A stretch of 64,000 nt of DNA from an uncultured archaeon (GCA_964347045.1 CAYFXC010000002.1:96001-160000); one strand, 5' to 3'. Shown: positions 10,332 through 20,206, numbered from the stretch's first letter. Notes: generated by a model from the letters alone, not told the origin. Program-made: numbers and translations.

Positions 10332-11456
10332 TTAGAAAAAGAAGGTGTCTTGTTCGTCGTCTTCAGGCTCTTCAGGCTCTTCAGGCTCTTCAGGCTCTTC
10401 AGGCTCTTCAGGCTCTTCAGGCGCTTCAAGCTCTTCGGCTGGTGTGTCCGATGCTTCTTCAGAGGTTTCGGGCTCATCAAAAATAATGGGTTCTGATGGC
10501 GTTCTAGCCTCGTCAGGTGATTCTTTAATTTCAGATGGAGGTTCTAGCTCAGACTCAACTGAAGGTTTGAGTTCGGGAGCTTCTTCTAGCTCAGGAACTG
10601 GTGGAACCGGCGGATGAGCTGTGTCAGGTGGGGTTGGTTCTTCCAACTCTTCCTTTTCAAATGGTTTCTCTATTTCGACTCTTTCGGCATTTACACCTTC
10701 GTCTTCATCTTCAAATTCAACATATGGTGTAAGCGAGATTTGACCATTCTTGACCTTGAATAAGTATAGGTGGGGTTCATAGTCGATACCCCGCATTTTT
10801 TCAATTTGACACCCAATGTGCCATCCTTCCTCATCATAAATCTTATAGAGTGCGATGACGCCATCGACGATGTGTTCAAGACGGCGTATTTCTTCTTCAG
10901 CATGCGCATCTGGAACGATTGTGTACATGAGAATATTACCATGATTTTTCTGCGCATTCATTTGATGACGCACATAATTAATGACTTCATCCGGATCTCG
11001 AGCGGAATGCAAAATTGAGGTTAATGAATCAATCACACCCCGAACATTATCCTTAGGTTTCATTGCAAGAACGGCTTTTCGAATAACGTCATGAACATGC
11101 CGAGGATTCCCCAAGTCATGTACCATAAATCTACTTTCCGGTTTAAACTCGCCCCAACCAAAGGCGTCAGTGAACGCGTCAATTCCCACAAGGCTTTTCA
11201 CTTTTAACGCTTTGTCAACGTCAATGCCTTTTTTCTTTAATTGTTCATAAGGAAGACGAAGTGGATATTCAGTACAGAGAATGTATGCAAGCTCACCTTT
11301 CAGAAGTCCGGTGGCCAAAAAGTTGGAAACAAAAGCATCTGAACGTGTTCCTATGTCTACTTCTAACAAGATTACATAACCACGGGGAATGCCCCCACCC
11401 AATACATCATCAAGGACAGAAATGCCAATTGGTGTTTTATCTGTCATAGTCTCCAC
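10332..11456 (-). CDS. RAD55/KaiC-like protein with degenerate Walker A and acidic Pro/Glu-rich tail
   Basis: GISVLDDVLGGGIPRG, VIDSLT, VDGVI, IEKMRG; tail (EEP)n then DTFFF. Confidence 0.85.
   Translation of the reverse strand: METMTDKTPIGISVLDDVLGGGIPRGYVILLEVDIGTRSDAFVSNFLATGLLKGELAYILCTEYPLRLPYEQLKKKGIDVDKALKVKSLVGIDAFTDAFGWGEFKPESRFMVHDLGNPRHVHDVIRKAVLAMKPKDNVRGVIDSLTSILHSARDPDEVINYVRHQMNAQKNHGNILMYTIVPDAHAEEEIRRLEHIVDGVIALYKIYDEEGWHIGCQIEKMRGIDYEPHLYLFKVKNGQISLTPYVEFEDEDEGVNAERVEIEKPFEKEELEEPTPPDTAHPPVPPVPELEEAPELKPSVESELEPPSEIKESPDEARTPSEPIIFDEPETSEEASDTPAEELEAPEEPEEPEEPEEPEEPEEPEDDEQDTFFF
10360..10422. repeat. 9-bp coding tandem repeat (TCTTCAGGC) x7 encoding (PEE)n
   Basis: Directly visible in sequence. 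Confidence 0.95.
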
Positions 11457-11761
11457 TAATTTGCTCGAAGACGATTCTATATGAAAAACGTTATGGTCTT
11501 TAATATTAGAGCCTTTTACAAGTAAATTTAATTAAGTCACTTACGCTAGTCAAATTGCAGCAAACATGTTTGCTGGAGGCTACAGATAATGTCTAAACAG
11601 CATTTAACTTGCCCATTGTGTTCAAACACACGGTTTAGGAAAGAAGAAGGCCGTATGGACAGTAGATGGGGAATCACATCCCATAAAATCACACTCATGA
11701 TCTGTGACAATTGTAAATTTGTCATGCAATTTTCGAAAGGTCGTTCCATCTTCGATTTCGA

Positions 11762-12202
11762 CTAAGAATAATCCCGCGTATAGTGCTCAGGATCTTCCAC
11801 GATATTGTAGCGATTCCCATCAGGGTCTTCAAAACCAGCCATGAAGCCCCCCCAAGGCATCTCTTCAGGAAGCATATGAAAGCGGACCCCGCGGGCCTTC
11901 ATTTTCTTGTAGAACCCATTGATATCCTGTGTTTCAAAGGTGATTCCGGTACTTCGCCCAATTTGATTTAGTTGCCATTCATACATAATAGGATCCGCAT
12001 CAGTATTAGGTTCTACGAAGGCAATTTTTGCCCGTTCATCATCGGGACCTAATTCTACCCAACCAAACCGGGGAGCGTAGAGGACAACGGGGATTTCTAA
12101 AATATCACGGAAAAACTCAATCGACGATTCTTGACTTGAAACAAATACGCGAACCGTCCAAATCCGATGAATCGCATCCTTTGATCCTTGATTTGCCGTC
12201 AT
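11762..12202 (-). CDS. VOC (glyoxalase/bleomycin resistance) family protein
   Basis: FFRDILE, ITFETQDI, MPWGG...FEDPDGN. Confidence 0.9.
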   Translation of the reverse strand: MTANQGSKDAIHRIWTVRVFVSSQESSIEFFRDILEIPVVLYAPRFGWVELGPDDERAKIAFVEPNTDADPIMYEWQLNQIGRSTGITFETQDINGFYKKMKARGVRFHMLPEEMPWGGFMAGFEDPDGNRYNIVEDPEHYTRDYS

Positions 12203-12341
12203 GATATTACACCATATATGGCTGATGGTTTAGAAATCATAACTGTTACTCTATTCCATAGTCAGGAAAAATAATTTTTTATCTTAACAACCTCCAAAAA
12301 AAGACAGGAGAGGTTATGCACGCGTAGGCTTTCTCTTCTCC

Positions 12342-12599
12342 TTGTATCCCTCATCATGGAATAATTCTGACAAGTATCTATATGATCTATACATTTCAAA
12401 TGTGACAGCTTATGCTCCAATTAAGTCCTACTCTCAATCTGGAGCCGCATCCATGTGGCGTCGATTCTGGCAGGAGGAATTCTCTAATGCGGGAAGTATT
12501 TTCACAATCTTTGTAATTATTGCAGTTGTTATTGGCATTTATCTTAAGGTGACTCCGTCTCCACTAGATGACTCAGGAAAAAACGCGCATTCTGAATGA
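12342..12599 (+). CDS. Short ORF with one C-terminal TM helix; possibly a gene remnant
   Basis: Hydrophobic IFTIFVIIAVVIGIYL; no convincing start. Confidence 0.3.
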   Translation: MYPSSWNNSDKYLYDLYISNVTAYAPIKSYSQSGAASMWRRFWQEEFSNAGSIFTIFVIIAVVIGIYLKVTPSPLDDSGKNAHSE

Positions 12600-12732
12600 T
12601 GTTACAGATGCTTCCGATCAATCCTTTTAAATGCGAATTCGATGGTCGAACGAAATTCGCGCTACCATAAAGGCTTTTATACACTGATAACTGGAGTGCC
12701 GCTATAACCCTCACCACGAGGGAGGTTTAAAA

Positions 12733-13965
12733 TTGAATTTTGAATTTTCAAAAGAAGAGGAGCTCTTCCGAGATACTGTCCGGGAATTCGCCCAAAAAGA
12801 AATCCGTCCCTACACTCGGGAAATGGATGAGAAGGGTGAATTGCCAACAGGTCTTGTCAAGAAAATGGCGGATCTTGGTCTACTTGGCATCACGGTTCCT
12901 GAAAAATACGGCGGACCGGGTGGGAATTTCAAGCTTACATGTATCGCGGCGGAGGAACTCGCTAAAGCGGACCTCAGCATCGCGATTCCCGTCTTTTACC
13001 TCGTCGAAGCCAGCTGGGCGTGGGTCTTTGCTCGTTACGGAACCGAGGAAGCAAAACAAGAGATTCTTCCAAAGGTCTGTAAAGGCGAGTATTTCTTTGG
13101 AATTGCAACAACCGAACCAGGTGGAGGCAGCGACATCGTTGGGGCAACCAAGACGACAATTGAAGAGAAAGATGACAAGTACGTTGTTAACGGTGAAAAA
13201 GTTTACATCAGCGGTGTTCGTGAATCGATGACAGCGATGCAAGGACGGTACTTCACCTTGGCTTACTTGGACAAGAAAGCTAAACCTAAACATCGTGGAC
13301 TTGCCGCATTCATACTTCCCGTCGAAAAGGATACCCCAGGTCTTACTCCCACGCTCTTTGAAGATTGGGGACGTATGGGTATAAGCACGGGTGGCTTTGC
13401 GATGGAAAACGTGGAAATACCCAAACACTGGCTCATCGGAGACCCGCAACGTGGCTTCGTATACTCCATGGAAGGTTTTTCCGCTGCACGTGTCATCATC
13501 GCCGCCACCTGTGTTGGCGCAGCTTTGGGAGGACTTGATATCGGCATGGACTACATCAAACAACGCAAAGCCTTCGGTAAAGAACTTGGAAAATATGAAG
13601 GCATCAGCTTCCCCCTCGCCGATTGGTACAGCCGCCTAATGGGAGACCGCCTTGTCATGTATCAAGCGGCATGGATGATGGACCAAATGTATGCAGGCAA
13701 CGAAAAATACAACCATTTCGACGTCGCCCTCTGGACCGCCATGGCCAAACTACGCGCTCCCATCGATGCATTCGCCATCCTCAACGAAGTCGCCGATTGG
13801 CACGGAGCATTTGGTTACACCAAAGAATGCGAATTAGATCTTGGCATCCGCGGTGTTCGAAGCTATTCAATTGGTGCGGAAGGCGGCATGAACATCATGC
13901 GGCTCATCATTGGTCGTGAACTCCTCGGAAAAGAGTTTGTACCTTACGATCGACCTAAAGAATAA
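12733..13965 (+). CDS. Acyl-CoA dehydrogenase
   Basis: TEPGGGSD, VNGEKVYIS, KQRKAFGK, HGAFGY; SD GGAGGT before TTG. Confidence 0.95.
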   Translation: MNFEFSKEEELFRDTVREFAQKEIRPYTREMDEKGELPTGLVKKMADLGLLGITVPEKYGGPGGNFKLTCIAAEELAKADLSIAIPVFYLVEASWAWVFARYGTEEAKQEILPKVCKGEYFFGIATTEPGGGSDIVGATKTTIEEKDDKYVVNGEKVYISGVRESMTAMQGRYFTLAYLDKKAKPKHRGLAAFILPVEKDTPGLTPTLFEDWGRMGISTGGFAMENVEIPKHWLIGDPQRGFVYSMEGFSAARVIIAATCVGAALGGLDIGMDYIKQRKAFGKELGKYEGISFPLADWYSRLMGDRLVMYQAAWMMDQMYAGNEKYNHFDVALWTAMAKLRAPIDAFAILNEVADWHGAFGYTKECELDLGIRGVRSYSIGAEGGMNIMRLIIGRELLGKEFVPYDRPKE

Positions 13966-13975
13966 CTGATATCGT

Positions 13976-14013
13976 GTGAGTGTAGAATTCTCTACACTCC
14001 TCACCTCTTTTTT
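13976..14013 (+). terminator. Hairpin plus T-tract between convergent genes
   Basis: GAGTGTAGA-ATTC-TCTACACTC (13978-13999) followed by CTCTTTTTT. Confidence 0.6.
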
Positions 14014-14044
14014 AAAAATGTATATAAAAGATAAGAGTAAAGGC

Positions 14045-14124
14045 GGACCATGGGTTGTCTAGGAGTGCACCAGAGGCCCGACCACACCGGTAGTCGAACC
14101 TCAGGTCCCGTCTTCCACCCATCC
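14045..14124 (-). ncRNA. Putative structured 3' RNA element of peptide locus A
   Basis: Minus-strand GAGGUUCGACUAC/GUGGUCGGGCCUC 13-bp stem with G-U pairs and a CGGU loop, plus outer AUGGGU/ACCCAU. Confidence 0.55.
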
Positions 14125-14268
14125 TCAACGAATGATTAGCCCAAGTGCCTGTTCAAGGCGTGGACCTGCGCGGGGATTAGTTCGACAACCAGCAAATAAT
14201 CGCTGTGCATTGGACATGCGAGCGACATTAGCGTAAAGACGAAGTTTCCGACCAATTTGTGTCTGCAT
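14125..14268 (-). CDS. 47-aa basic peptide A (MQTQIGRKLRLYANVARMSNAQRLFAGCRTNPRAGPRLEQALGLIIR), unknown family
   Basis: Hand translation; SD GGAGGT; homologous to peptides at 20483 and 20982. Confidence 0.8.
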   Translation of the reverse strand: MQTQIGRKLRLYANVARMSNAQRLFAGCRTNPRAGPRLEQALGLIIR

Positions 14269-14326
14269 ATTGTGTTTACCTCCAAGATTGTGCTTGGTGA
14301 AAACAGCGTACGCAGAATTAGATATG

Positions 14327-14352
14327 AATCGATGGGAGCTTCACAGTACAAG
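14327..14352 (-). promoter_or_regulatory. Conserved upstream element, copy A (CTTGTAC-N6-GCTCCCATCGATT)
   Basis: Shared with the other two peptide loci; 11-mer ends 60 nt before the ATG. Confidence 0.75.
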
Positions 14353-14949
14353 AACATGCAAAAAACGACGCATTTGCGTGTAATTTTGCACAAGATGGTA
14401 CAAACTTCCGTAAAGGCATCGATAACTAATATGTCTCTGCTTCGGGTAATCCTAACCACAGCTGCCTTCGAAATTCCGCACCCACCTGACGAAATTCGGG
14501 AAGATTGAGAAAAATCATTTTCTTTCGGTGATGAACACTCAGCAAGATTTACGTTAGGATATTATTTCTCCGAAAATAGAAAACCCTGCTAAAGAGTCGC
14601 AAATACTGATGCATCCGGTCAAGGGGGCTATAAAGGTTTACAGTGAAGCCACCGATGGTTTCGGCCCATTGGGCGTCATTGTCGATCTTTCCTTCCGTGA
14701 GATATGCCGGTGAAATGAGTAAAATATCCGCAGGCATAGTTATCGACTACTAGATTCAATAGAATTAGACTAAGTTTTGTAATTTATGGAATAACTGTTT
14801 GCTTGAATAAGCGAGAAAAGTGTTGTCTGCAACTATTAACCAAAAAAGAATTGGAGAGTTGATTTGAGGTTTTGCATCTGCAAAGGAATGCGAACACTTT
14901 TCTATATCCTTAGGTCGATAAGTGGGCGGAGGGATTTGCGATTATGATG

Positions 14950-15135
14950 CTACAATGGCCAACCTGGACTTTTACAGATTGGCCACTTGGTGACATTCCT
15001 ACTATTACACAAGCTATCGTAGTTATTCTCGTTATCGCCATCTTCATTATTGAGATTTACCGGCTCTGGAGATGCGATAATTGGTGTAGAAAGAAGAGAA
15101 GAGCTACTAGCGAATAGCAATTCATCTACAATCAC
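14950..15135 (-). CDS. 61-aa peptide with acidic/Asn-rich middle and C-terminal Cys pair
   Basis: GGGGGGAAGAGGG SD before GTG; divergent from S8 peptidase. Confidence 0.4.
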   Translation of the reverse strand: MIVDELLFASSSSLLSTPIIASPEPVNLNNEDGDNENNYDSLCNSRNVTKWPICKSPGWPL

Positions 15136-15323
15136 AATGCCCTCTTCCCCCCTTTTTTGGAACCCGCAAGCACTTTTGAAACGAAATTCGTTACCATGAA
15201 ACTTTAGTCAGTTATTTTAGAGGGTGAAAATCGTGAATGACACCACGCATAGGCATATATATTAATATTTAATGCCTTTAGGAATTGCTTGTTTAACTCA
15301 CATGGAGTTTGGAAGGGAGTTCA

Positions 15324-17075
15324 ATGCCAGTAAGAAAAAAAGATGAATTTGAAGAACAATTTATGAGTGCCATTGTGACAATCAAATCAAAGAATAAAGA
15401 TAAGTCTCTGTTGAAAAAAGAGACGAAGGATCAAAACTTCGAACAATTTGAACCCAAAGCAGGGAAAATTGACGCTGTAGCGAAATTGCTAGAAGCAAAA
15501 GGGTTTAAGGTCCTAGCAAAAGGCCATTTCAGCATAAGCATTGCAGCATCCATTAGTCATTTTAAGAAAACCCTTGGTGCTGAATTTGAACTGAGAAAGC
15601 AACCGGCATATGGTGCATTTGGGACTCAATTGATGGGAGTTGTTCGCCCAAAAAGTTTCTATATTGCAGCTAAAAGCCCAATCGATCCAAAGCCACTGGG
15701 AAAGGATATCCTTCATATTTCAATCGGAAGACCCTATCCTGTCTTTGGGCTAGTATCTGCTGTACCTCCAAGTCCAGATTATCCTCACCTAAAGATTCCA
15801 AATGATATTCGACGTCTTTTAGGGGTTGAAGGCGTCAGTTATACAGGCAAAGGCGTTCATGTGGTAATGATTGATACTGGATTTTGGCAACCGCGAGTTG
15901 ATGCGATATGCTCGAAACCATTTCATGAATACTATAATGCAAATTTATCTCAAACGGTGCAAAGTCAAATTCGAGTTGAAAAAGTGAAATGGTGGTATGA
16001 TGACCTGCTTGATTTGGGAGGACATGGAACTGCAATGGCATCAGGATTATTTGCGGTGGCACCTGGAATTCAGTTCACAATGGTGAAAGCGGGTGGTCTT
16101 GAATTCGATTGGCCGGGAATGTTTATACACGGAGGCATCTATCTTTATGAAGGCTTTTTAAAAGTGCGAGAACTTGAGCCCGACATCATAGTCTTGTGTA
16201 CAGGCGCGCCAGAAGAGTGGATTATCAATGACCCAGAGCAACAGGCTCTAAAGGAAATGATAGAAGCTGAAATAGTTAGAGAGTTAAATCGGGGAACAGT
16301 TATCGTTGCAGCTACCGGAAATATGGATCAGACAGATGCAAATTTACCAAACCATGCACCGCTATCTTGGCCTTCATCTCATCCTGATGTCATTGCAGTT
16401 GGTGGAGCCTATCCTGAAACACCAGCTTCACCACCGTGGGTGGCTTCTGACGTAGCATCTAGTGGTAATTCAGGAATACATAGTGGACGAACAATTCCTG
16501 ATGTGTGTGGAATTTGTGGACCCACAATAATTGAAGACCGTGGTCAGCAAGGGAGAATTAGATATCCTGCGCCATATATTACAATGCCAACTCAATGGGC
16601 TGCTATCCCAGCTGATTTACACAGCGCTTTAGGTCAAACAGCTTTTGATGCTTGGCTCATTGCCAACGGCACGTCTTGTGCGGCCCCCATGGTCGCTGGT
16701 GTAGTGGCTCTCATGCTAGAAAAGGTAGGAGATAGATCAATTTTCGATCCTACGAGGCTCTCAGCTAAACTAAAAGATTTATTTAGATTGCCTGGGAGCC
16801 AAAGCGGTTGGCATTCTGCTAGCGTTCTCCGACCACGCTTGATAAAGAAGGTGCTAAAGCAAACAGCCATTGACGTTGGGATGGGAATGAGTGCGAATAA
16901 TCATCAAGCAATACCTAATTCCCATGACTTAGCTACTGGAGCAGGTGTTGTGAATGCTACTGCTGCCCTTGCGGCTGTAAATCCTAATGAGGTTAAGACA
17001 ATCATAATGCGAAAAGGGATTTCCATGTCCGATTATGCTGGTCAGCAATTTAAACCAGATTCCTTTTTTCCCTAA
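15324..17075 (+). CDS. Subtilisin-like S8 serine peptidase with N-terminal prodomain
   Basis: Triad VMIDTG / GGHGTAMAS / NGTSCAAPMVAG; oxyanion AATGN; no obvious signal peptide. Confidence 0.9.
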   Translation: MPVRKKDEFEEQFMSAIVTIKSKNKDKSLLKKETKDQNFEQFEPKAGKIDAVAKLLEAKGFKVLAKGHFSISIAASISHFKKTLGAEFELRKQPAYGAFGTQLMGVVRPKSFYIAAKSPIDPKPLGKDILHISIGRPYPVFGLVSAVPPSPDYPHLKIPNDIRRLLGVEGVSYTGKGVHVVMIDTGFWQPRVDAICSKPFHEYYNANLSQTVQSQIRVEKVKWWYDDLLDLGGHGTAMASGLFAVAPGIQFTMVKAGGLEFDWPGMFIHGGIYLYEGFLKVRELEPDIIVLCTGAPEEWIINDPEQQALKEMIEAEIVRELNRGTVIVAATGNMDQTDANLPNHAPLSWPSSHPDVIAVGGAYPETPASPPWVASDVASSGNSGIHSGRTIPDVCGICGPTIIEDRGQQGRIRYPAPYITMPTQWAAIPADLHSALGQTAFDAWLIANGTSCAAPMVAGVVALMLEKVGDRSIFDPTRLSAKLKDLFRLPGSQSGWHSASVLRPRLIKKVLKQTAIDVGMGMSANNHQAIPNSHDLATGAGVVNATAALAAVNPNEVKTIIMRKGISMSDYAGQQFKPDSFFP

Positions 17076-17272
17076 TTCCACCAATTGTAAAAAAGTATCA
17101 TAGTAAAACTTGATTTTACAAAAAAGCGAGTCTATCACATGGAAGGTCTCAATCCTATCAATTAGTTTTGTCTAATCCTCCTTTATGTGGAGGGTTTCTA
17201 ATTTCTAAAAGTGGAAACTGTTGAGTAAACTTGATAATCAGATGAAGCCCATTGATAATTGAGAAGGCGATA

Positions 17273-18244
17273 ATGGATCTCATTGATAAACGTATCATAT
17301 TCGAACTACTGATTAATTACCGTACCTCGTATCAAGCCATCGCAAAAAAACTCGACCTATCTGTTAACGCTGTGAAGAAACGTTTCGAGAAGTTAAAAAG
17401 TGTGGGAATTATCCGTGGAGGTTCTCTGGTACCTTTACCTGTGATGAAAGGAACAGAAGATTGGATGGCAATATTGCGATTAAAAGAGTCTGGTGCCTCC
17501 GATGACCTTCTGGATAGCATTGGATCTCATTTATTAGTTCAATCCGGAAGTATCTTGACAGATGGAAGCATTCTCTGTTTCGGCCATTATAGTGGAGCAC
17601 AGGATCTTCAGGAGATAGGAACATTTCTGCGTCAAGTTAAGGGTGTGACATCAGTTGAATTTCATACAATTCTGAATGCCTTAGGAAAGAAGTGTGACTT
17701 AGATGATTCAGATTTGAAAGTGCTTCGTTGTCTTCGAGAAGAACCACGAATCTCAATAAGCAAAATTACTAGGAAAACAGGTATTACTCCTCGTCGAGTA
17801 AGTCAGATTCTGAAAAAATTGATAGGAGAGAATGGAGCAGAGCCTACTTTCTATGTAAATTGGGAACCACAGGGAGGAACACAACCTGATGAAGTCAGTT
17901 TCTTAATGAGAGTTCATTGGAATCTAAATGCTGGCGGTTATACTGCCTTTATTGTTCAAATTCGTCATAAAGAAGGCATAGAAGAAGGTAAAAGAATTAC
18001 TGATATTCTGACGGCTAATTATCCATTCGAGTTTTGGTATGCATATGCTTCAGCATTTGAGCCCGTGATTTTCTGTATATTCCTCGTTGAACACATTCAT
18101 GATTCGATTGATATCATTAACATGATTAAACAAGTTCCGGAGGCGATTGACGTATATCCAATCTTTGGATATCCAACAAGAGTCTTTCGTAGTCAGGTTG
18201 ATGATTACTTTGAAAGAATCTTCAAACAGCTAGATTTTCCTTGA
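17273..18244 (+). CDS. Tandem Lrp/AsnC-like regulator (2x wHTH-RAM)
   Basis: DLIDKRIIFELLINYRTSYQAIAKKLDLSVNAVKKR; second HTH LDDSDLKVLRCLREEPRISIS. Confidence 0.85.
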   Translation: MDLIDKRIIFELLINYRTSYQAIAKKLDLSVNAVKKRFEKLKSVGIIRGGSLVPLPVMKGTEDWMAILRLKESGASDDLLDSIGSHLLVQSGSILTDGSILCFGHYSGAQDLQEIGTFLRQVKGVTSVEFHTILNALGKKCDLDDSDLKVLRCLREEPRISISKITRKTGITPRRVSQILKKLIGENGAEPTFYVNWEPQGGTQPDEVSFLMRVHWNLNAGGYTAFIVQIRHKEGIEEGKRITDILTANYPFEFWYAYASAFEPVIFCIFLVEHIHDSIDIINMIKQVPEAIDVYPIFGYPTRVFRSQVDDYFERIFKQLDFP

Positions 18245-18452
18245 AGAGTTTTATGAATAATGCTAATTACAATTGAAAATTTCAGACAGGTTTAACACGC
18301 GTACAACATTTGCTTTGTGTTCATATTTTTATGTGACCTTTGTATAGTAGGTGTGGATTCGGACCTTTCATACGCTGCGTGGGTGGTGCGGTGATGGTTT
18401 CACGACTCCATCTACTATCGATGGCAACCTAGAGTATCTAGGCGTGGTAGAT

Positions 18453-19424
18453 ATGGACGAAATTGATAAGAATATTCTTTTTGAGCTTTCTGTTAACTAT
18501 AGGGCTTCTTATCAGACTATGGCTAAAAAGTTGAATCTTTCCGTTAATGCAATCAAGAAACGAGTTCAAAAACTTAAAGATGATGGAGTAATTCGTGGGG
18601 GGGTGTTGATTCCCTCGAATGCTATGTTGGGTATGGAAGATTGGGTCGCACTTTTACGTACCGAAGATCCGATTCCCTCTGACTCTTTCTTAGATAGTCT
18701 GGGAGAGCATGAGTACGTCAATTCTGCAAGCATTTTAACGGATGGAAGCGTTCTCTGCTTCGGGAATTATCCAGGGGCTCAAGGCCTTGAGGAAATTGGA
18801 ATGTATTTGCGAAGGACACCGGGCGTGTTATCCGTGGAGTTTCATACGATTCTAACTGAACAAGGAAAAAAATGTGAGTTATCTTTATCAGAGTTGAAGG
18901 TCCTCCAATGTTTGCGTCAAGAACCACGAATGTCTATTAGTGATTTAGCTGAGAAAACACGTCTTACCCCTCGGCGCATTCGAAAAATTATCCAAAAATT
19001 GCTAGGTGAAAATGGATCTGAACCAGGTTATTATATCGAATGGGAGCCAAGAGGCGGAAGCCGAGCTAGTGAAGTAAGTTTTAGGTTAAACGTACATTGG
19101 GATTTGAATGCCGGAGGGCATACTGCATTCGTTATTATTATCTGCCATGAGGAGGGCGTTGAATCACGGTCCAAGATTGTAAAGGTGCTCAGAGAACAGT
19201 ATCCTGTGAAATTCTGGTACGCGTATGCATCAGCCTTTGAGCCGGTCTTTTTCAGTGTCTTTGTGGTCGAGCACATGCGTGAAGCAAGCCAAATTATTGA
19301 AACGCTGCGACGGACTCCAGAAGTAATCTCAGCTAATGCAATCTATGGGTATCCTACTAAGGCATTTCTAAGCCCAATTGACAAGTATTTTATGCAGCTT
19401 TTCAAAAGGCTTGAAAGTGAATAA
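18453..19424 (+). CDS. Tandem Lrp/AsnC-like regulator, paralog of 17273
   Basis: MDEIDKNILFELSVNYRASYQ; shared ILTDGS, VEFHTIL, HWxLNAGG, FWYAYASAFEPV. Confidence 0.85.
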   Translation: MDEIDKNILFELSVNYRASYQTMAKKLNLSVNAIKKRVQKLKDDGVIRGGVLIPSNAMLGMEDWVALLRTEDPIPSDSFLDSLGEHEYVNSASILTDGSVLCFGNYPGAQGLEEIGMYLRRTPGVLSVEFHTILTEQGKKCELSLSELKVLQCLRQEPRMSISDLAEKTRLTPRRIRKIIQKLLGENGSEPGYYIEWEPRGGSRASEVSFRLNVHWDLNAGGHTAFVIIICHEEGVESRSKIVKVLREQYPVKFWYAYASAFEPVFFSVFVVEHMREASQIIETLRRTPEVISANAIYGYPTKAFLSPIDKYFMQLFKRLESE

Positions 19425-19450
19425 TTAACCTTTGACACCCACCAATCTGT

Positions 19451-20206
19451 TTAATGATGTTTTGATTTGCGGTAGCACCCATAACCAAATGCACTCCCGA
19501 GAACAAATGGAACCAGAAGCAAAATTGTTAATCCTATGGTTTGGAGGACTTGTTGGGATTGTTCTTCTACGGAGAAAATTCCAAGGCGTCCGAGATTGTT
19601 GGTCGTGAGTTCCCTTGTGAATTTGTAGGTATAGATAGCATGTTGAGATGCTAAGAGTTCACTGGTATGCTTGATAAGGATACCCTGGGAGTGGTGGAAG
19701 TGCCAGATTTCTCTGGAGAGTTGGTAATCGTCGTCAATTGAGAGCCAGGCAACTGAACTGGCCAGCCAACAGAGATAAGTGCCTGAAGATACGTGAGTGT
19801 ACTCAGATGAGAGGTGAAACTCACCAGAGTAGGTTGGCACTTGGATTGTATCTCCAAGATGCCATAATGAGGTGTCAACCCATAAAGGAGGTTGGAGTAC
19901 CTGATCTGTTGCAGAGCCATTGCTCAATAAAATATTCCATGTGGAGATATCGACAGAGAGTAACTGGTGTGTTGAATACTCTTCAGTGGATGAGAAATTT
20001 ACAATAAGAACGGATTCGCCAAGTTCAGGAGCCCATCGAATGATTTCGTAGCGTTCATTCCATGCATTAAAGGCATCATCAGTGATGTGATAGGTAAGTA
20101 TGAGGTCAACGGGAAAGGGCGTAGAAGCTGATTTTACGGGAAAGAAAAAACACGGGAGAATAGGAAGGCATAGAAACAAGATTATTGTTTTGCATTGACT
20201 TTTCAT
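19451..20206 (-). CDS. Secreted/membrane-anchored protein (signal peptide plus C-terminal TM)
   Basis: MKSQCKTIILFLCLP N-terminal hydrophobic stretch; C-terminal TM plus basic tail; start uncertain. Confidence 0.7.
   Translation of the reverse strand: MKSQCKTIILFLCLPILPCFFFPVKSASTPFPVDLILTYHITDDAFNAWNERYEIIRWAPELGESVLIVNFSSTEEYSTHQLLSVDISTWNILLSNGSATDQVLQPPLWVDTSLWHLGDTIQVPTYSGEFHLSSEYTHVSSGTYLCWLASSVAWLSIDDDYQLSREIWHFHHSQGILIKHTSELLASQHAIYTYKFTRELTTNNLGRLGIFSVEEQSQQVLQTIGLTILLLVPFVLGSAFGYGCYRKSKHH

Noticed and set aside
10360-10422. Tandem repeat as a possible CRISPR or VNTR element
   Set aside because: No spacers; it is an in-frame (PEE)n coding repeat. The overlapping + strand ORFs (FRL)n and (SSG)n are shadows.
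11460-11760. Intergenic ORF fragments
   Set aside because: No coherent reading frame or recognisable motif.
13757-13768. GCTCCCATCGAT on the + strand inside the acyl-CoA dehydrogenase gene
   Set aside because: Encodes A-P-I-D, lacks the upstream TTGyAC box and has no downstream cassette; treated as chance.
14136-14508. Track ORFs of 107 aa (-) and 83 aa (+)
   Set aside because: They overlap the better-supported peptide A and its promoter element, with no SD or motifs.
14549-14737. 62-aa minus-strand ORF
   Set aside because: No SD or recognisable motif; may be a remnant but cannot be supported.
18388-18416. GGTGATGGTTTCACGACTCC resembling a fluoride riboswitch
   Set aside because: Too short, lacks the conserved spacing and 3' elements, and no fluoride-related gene follows.
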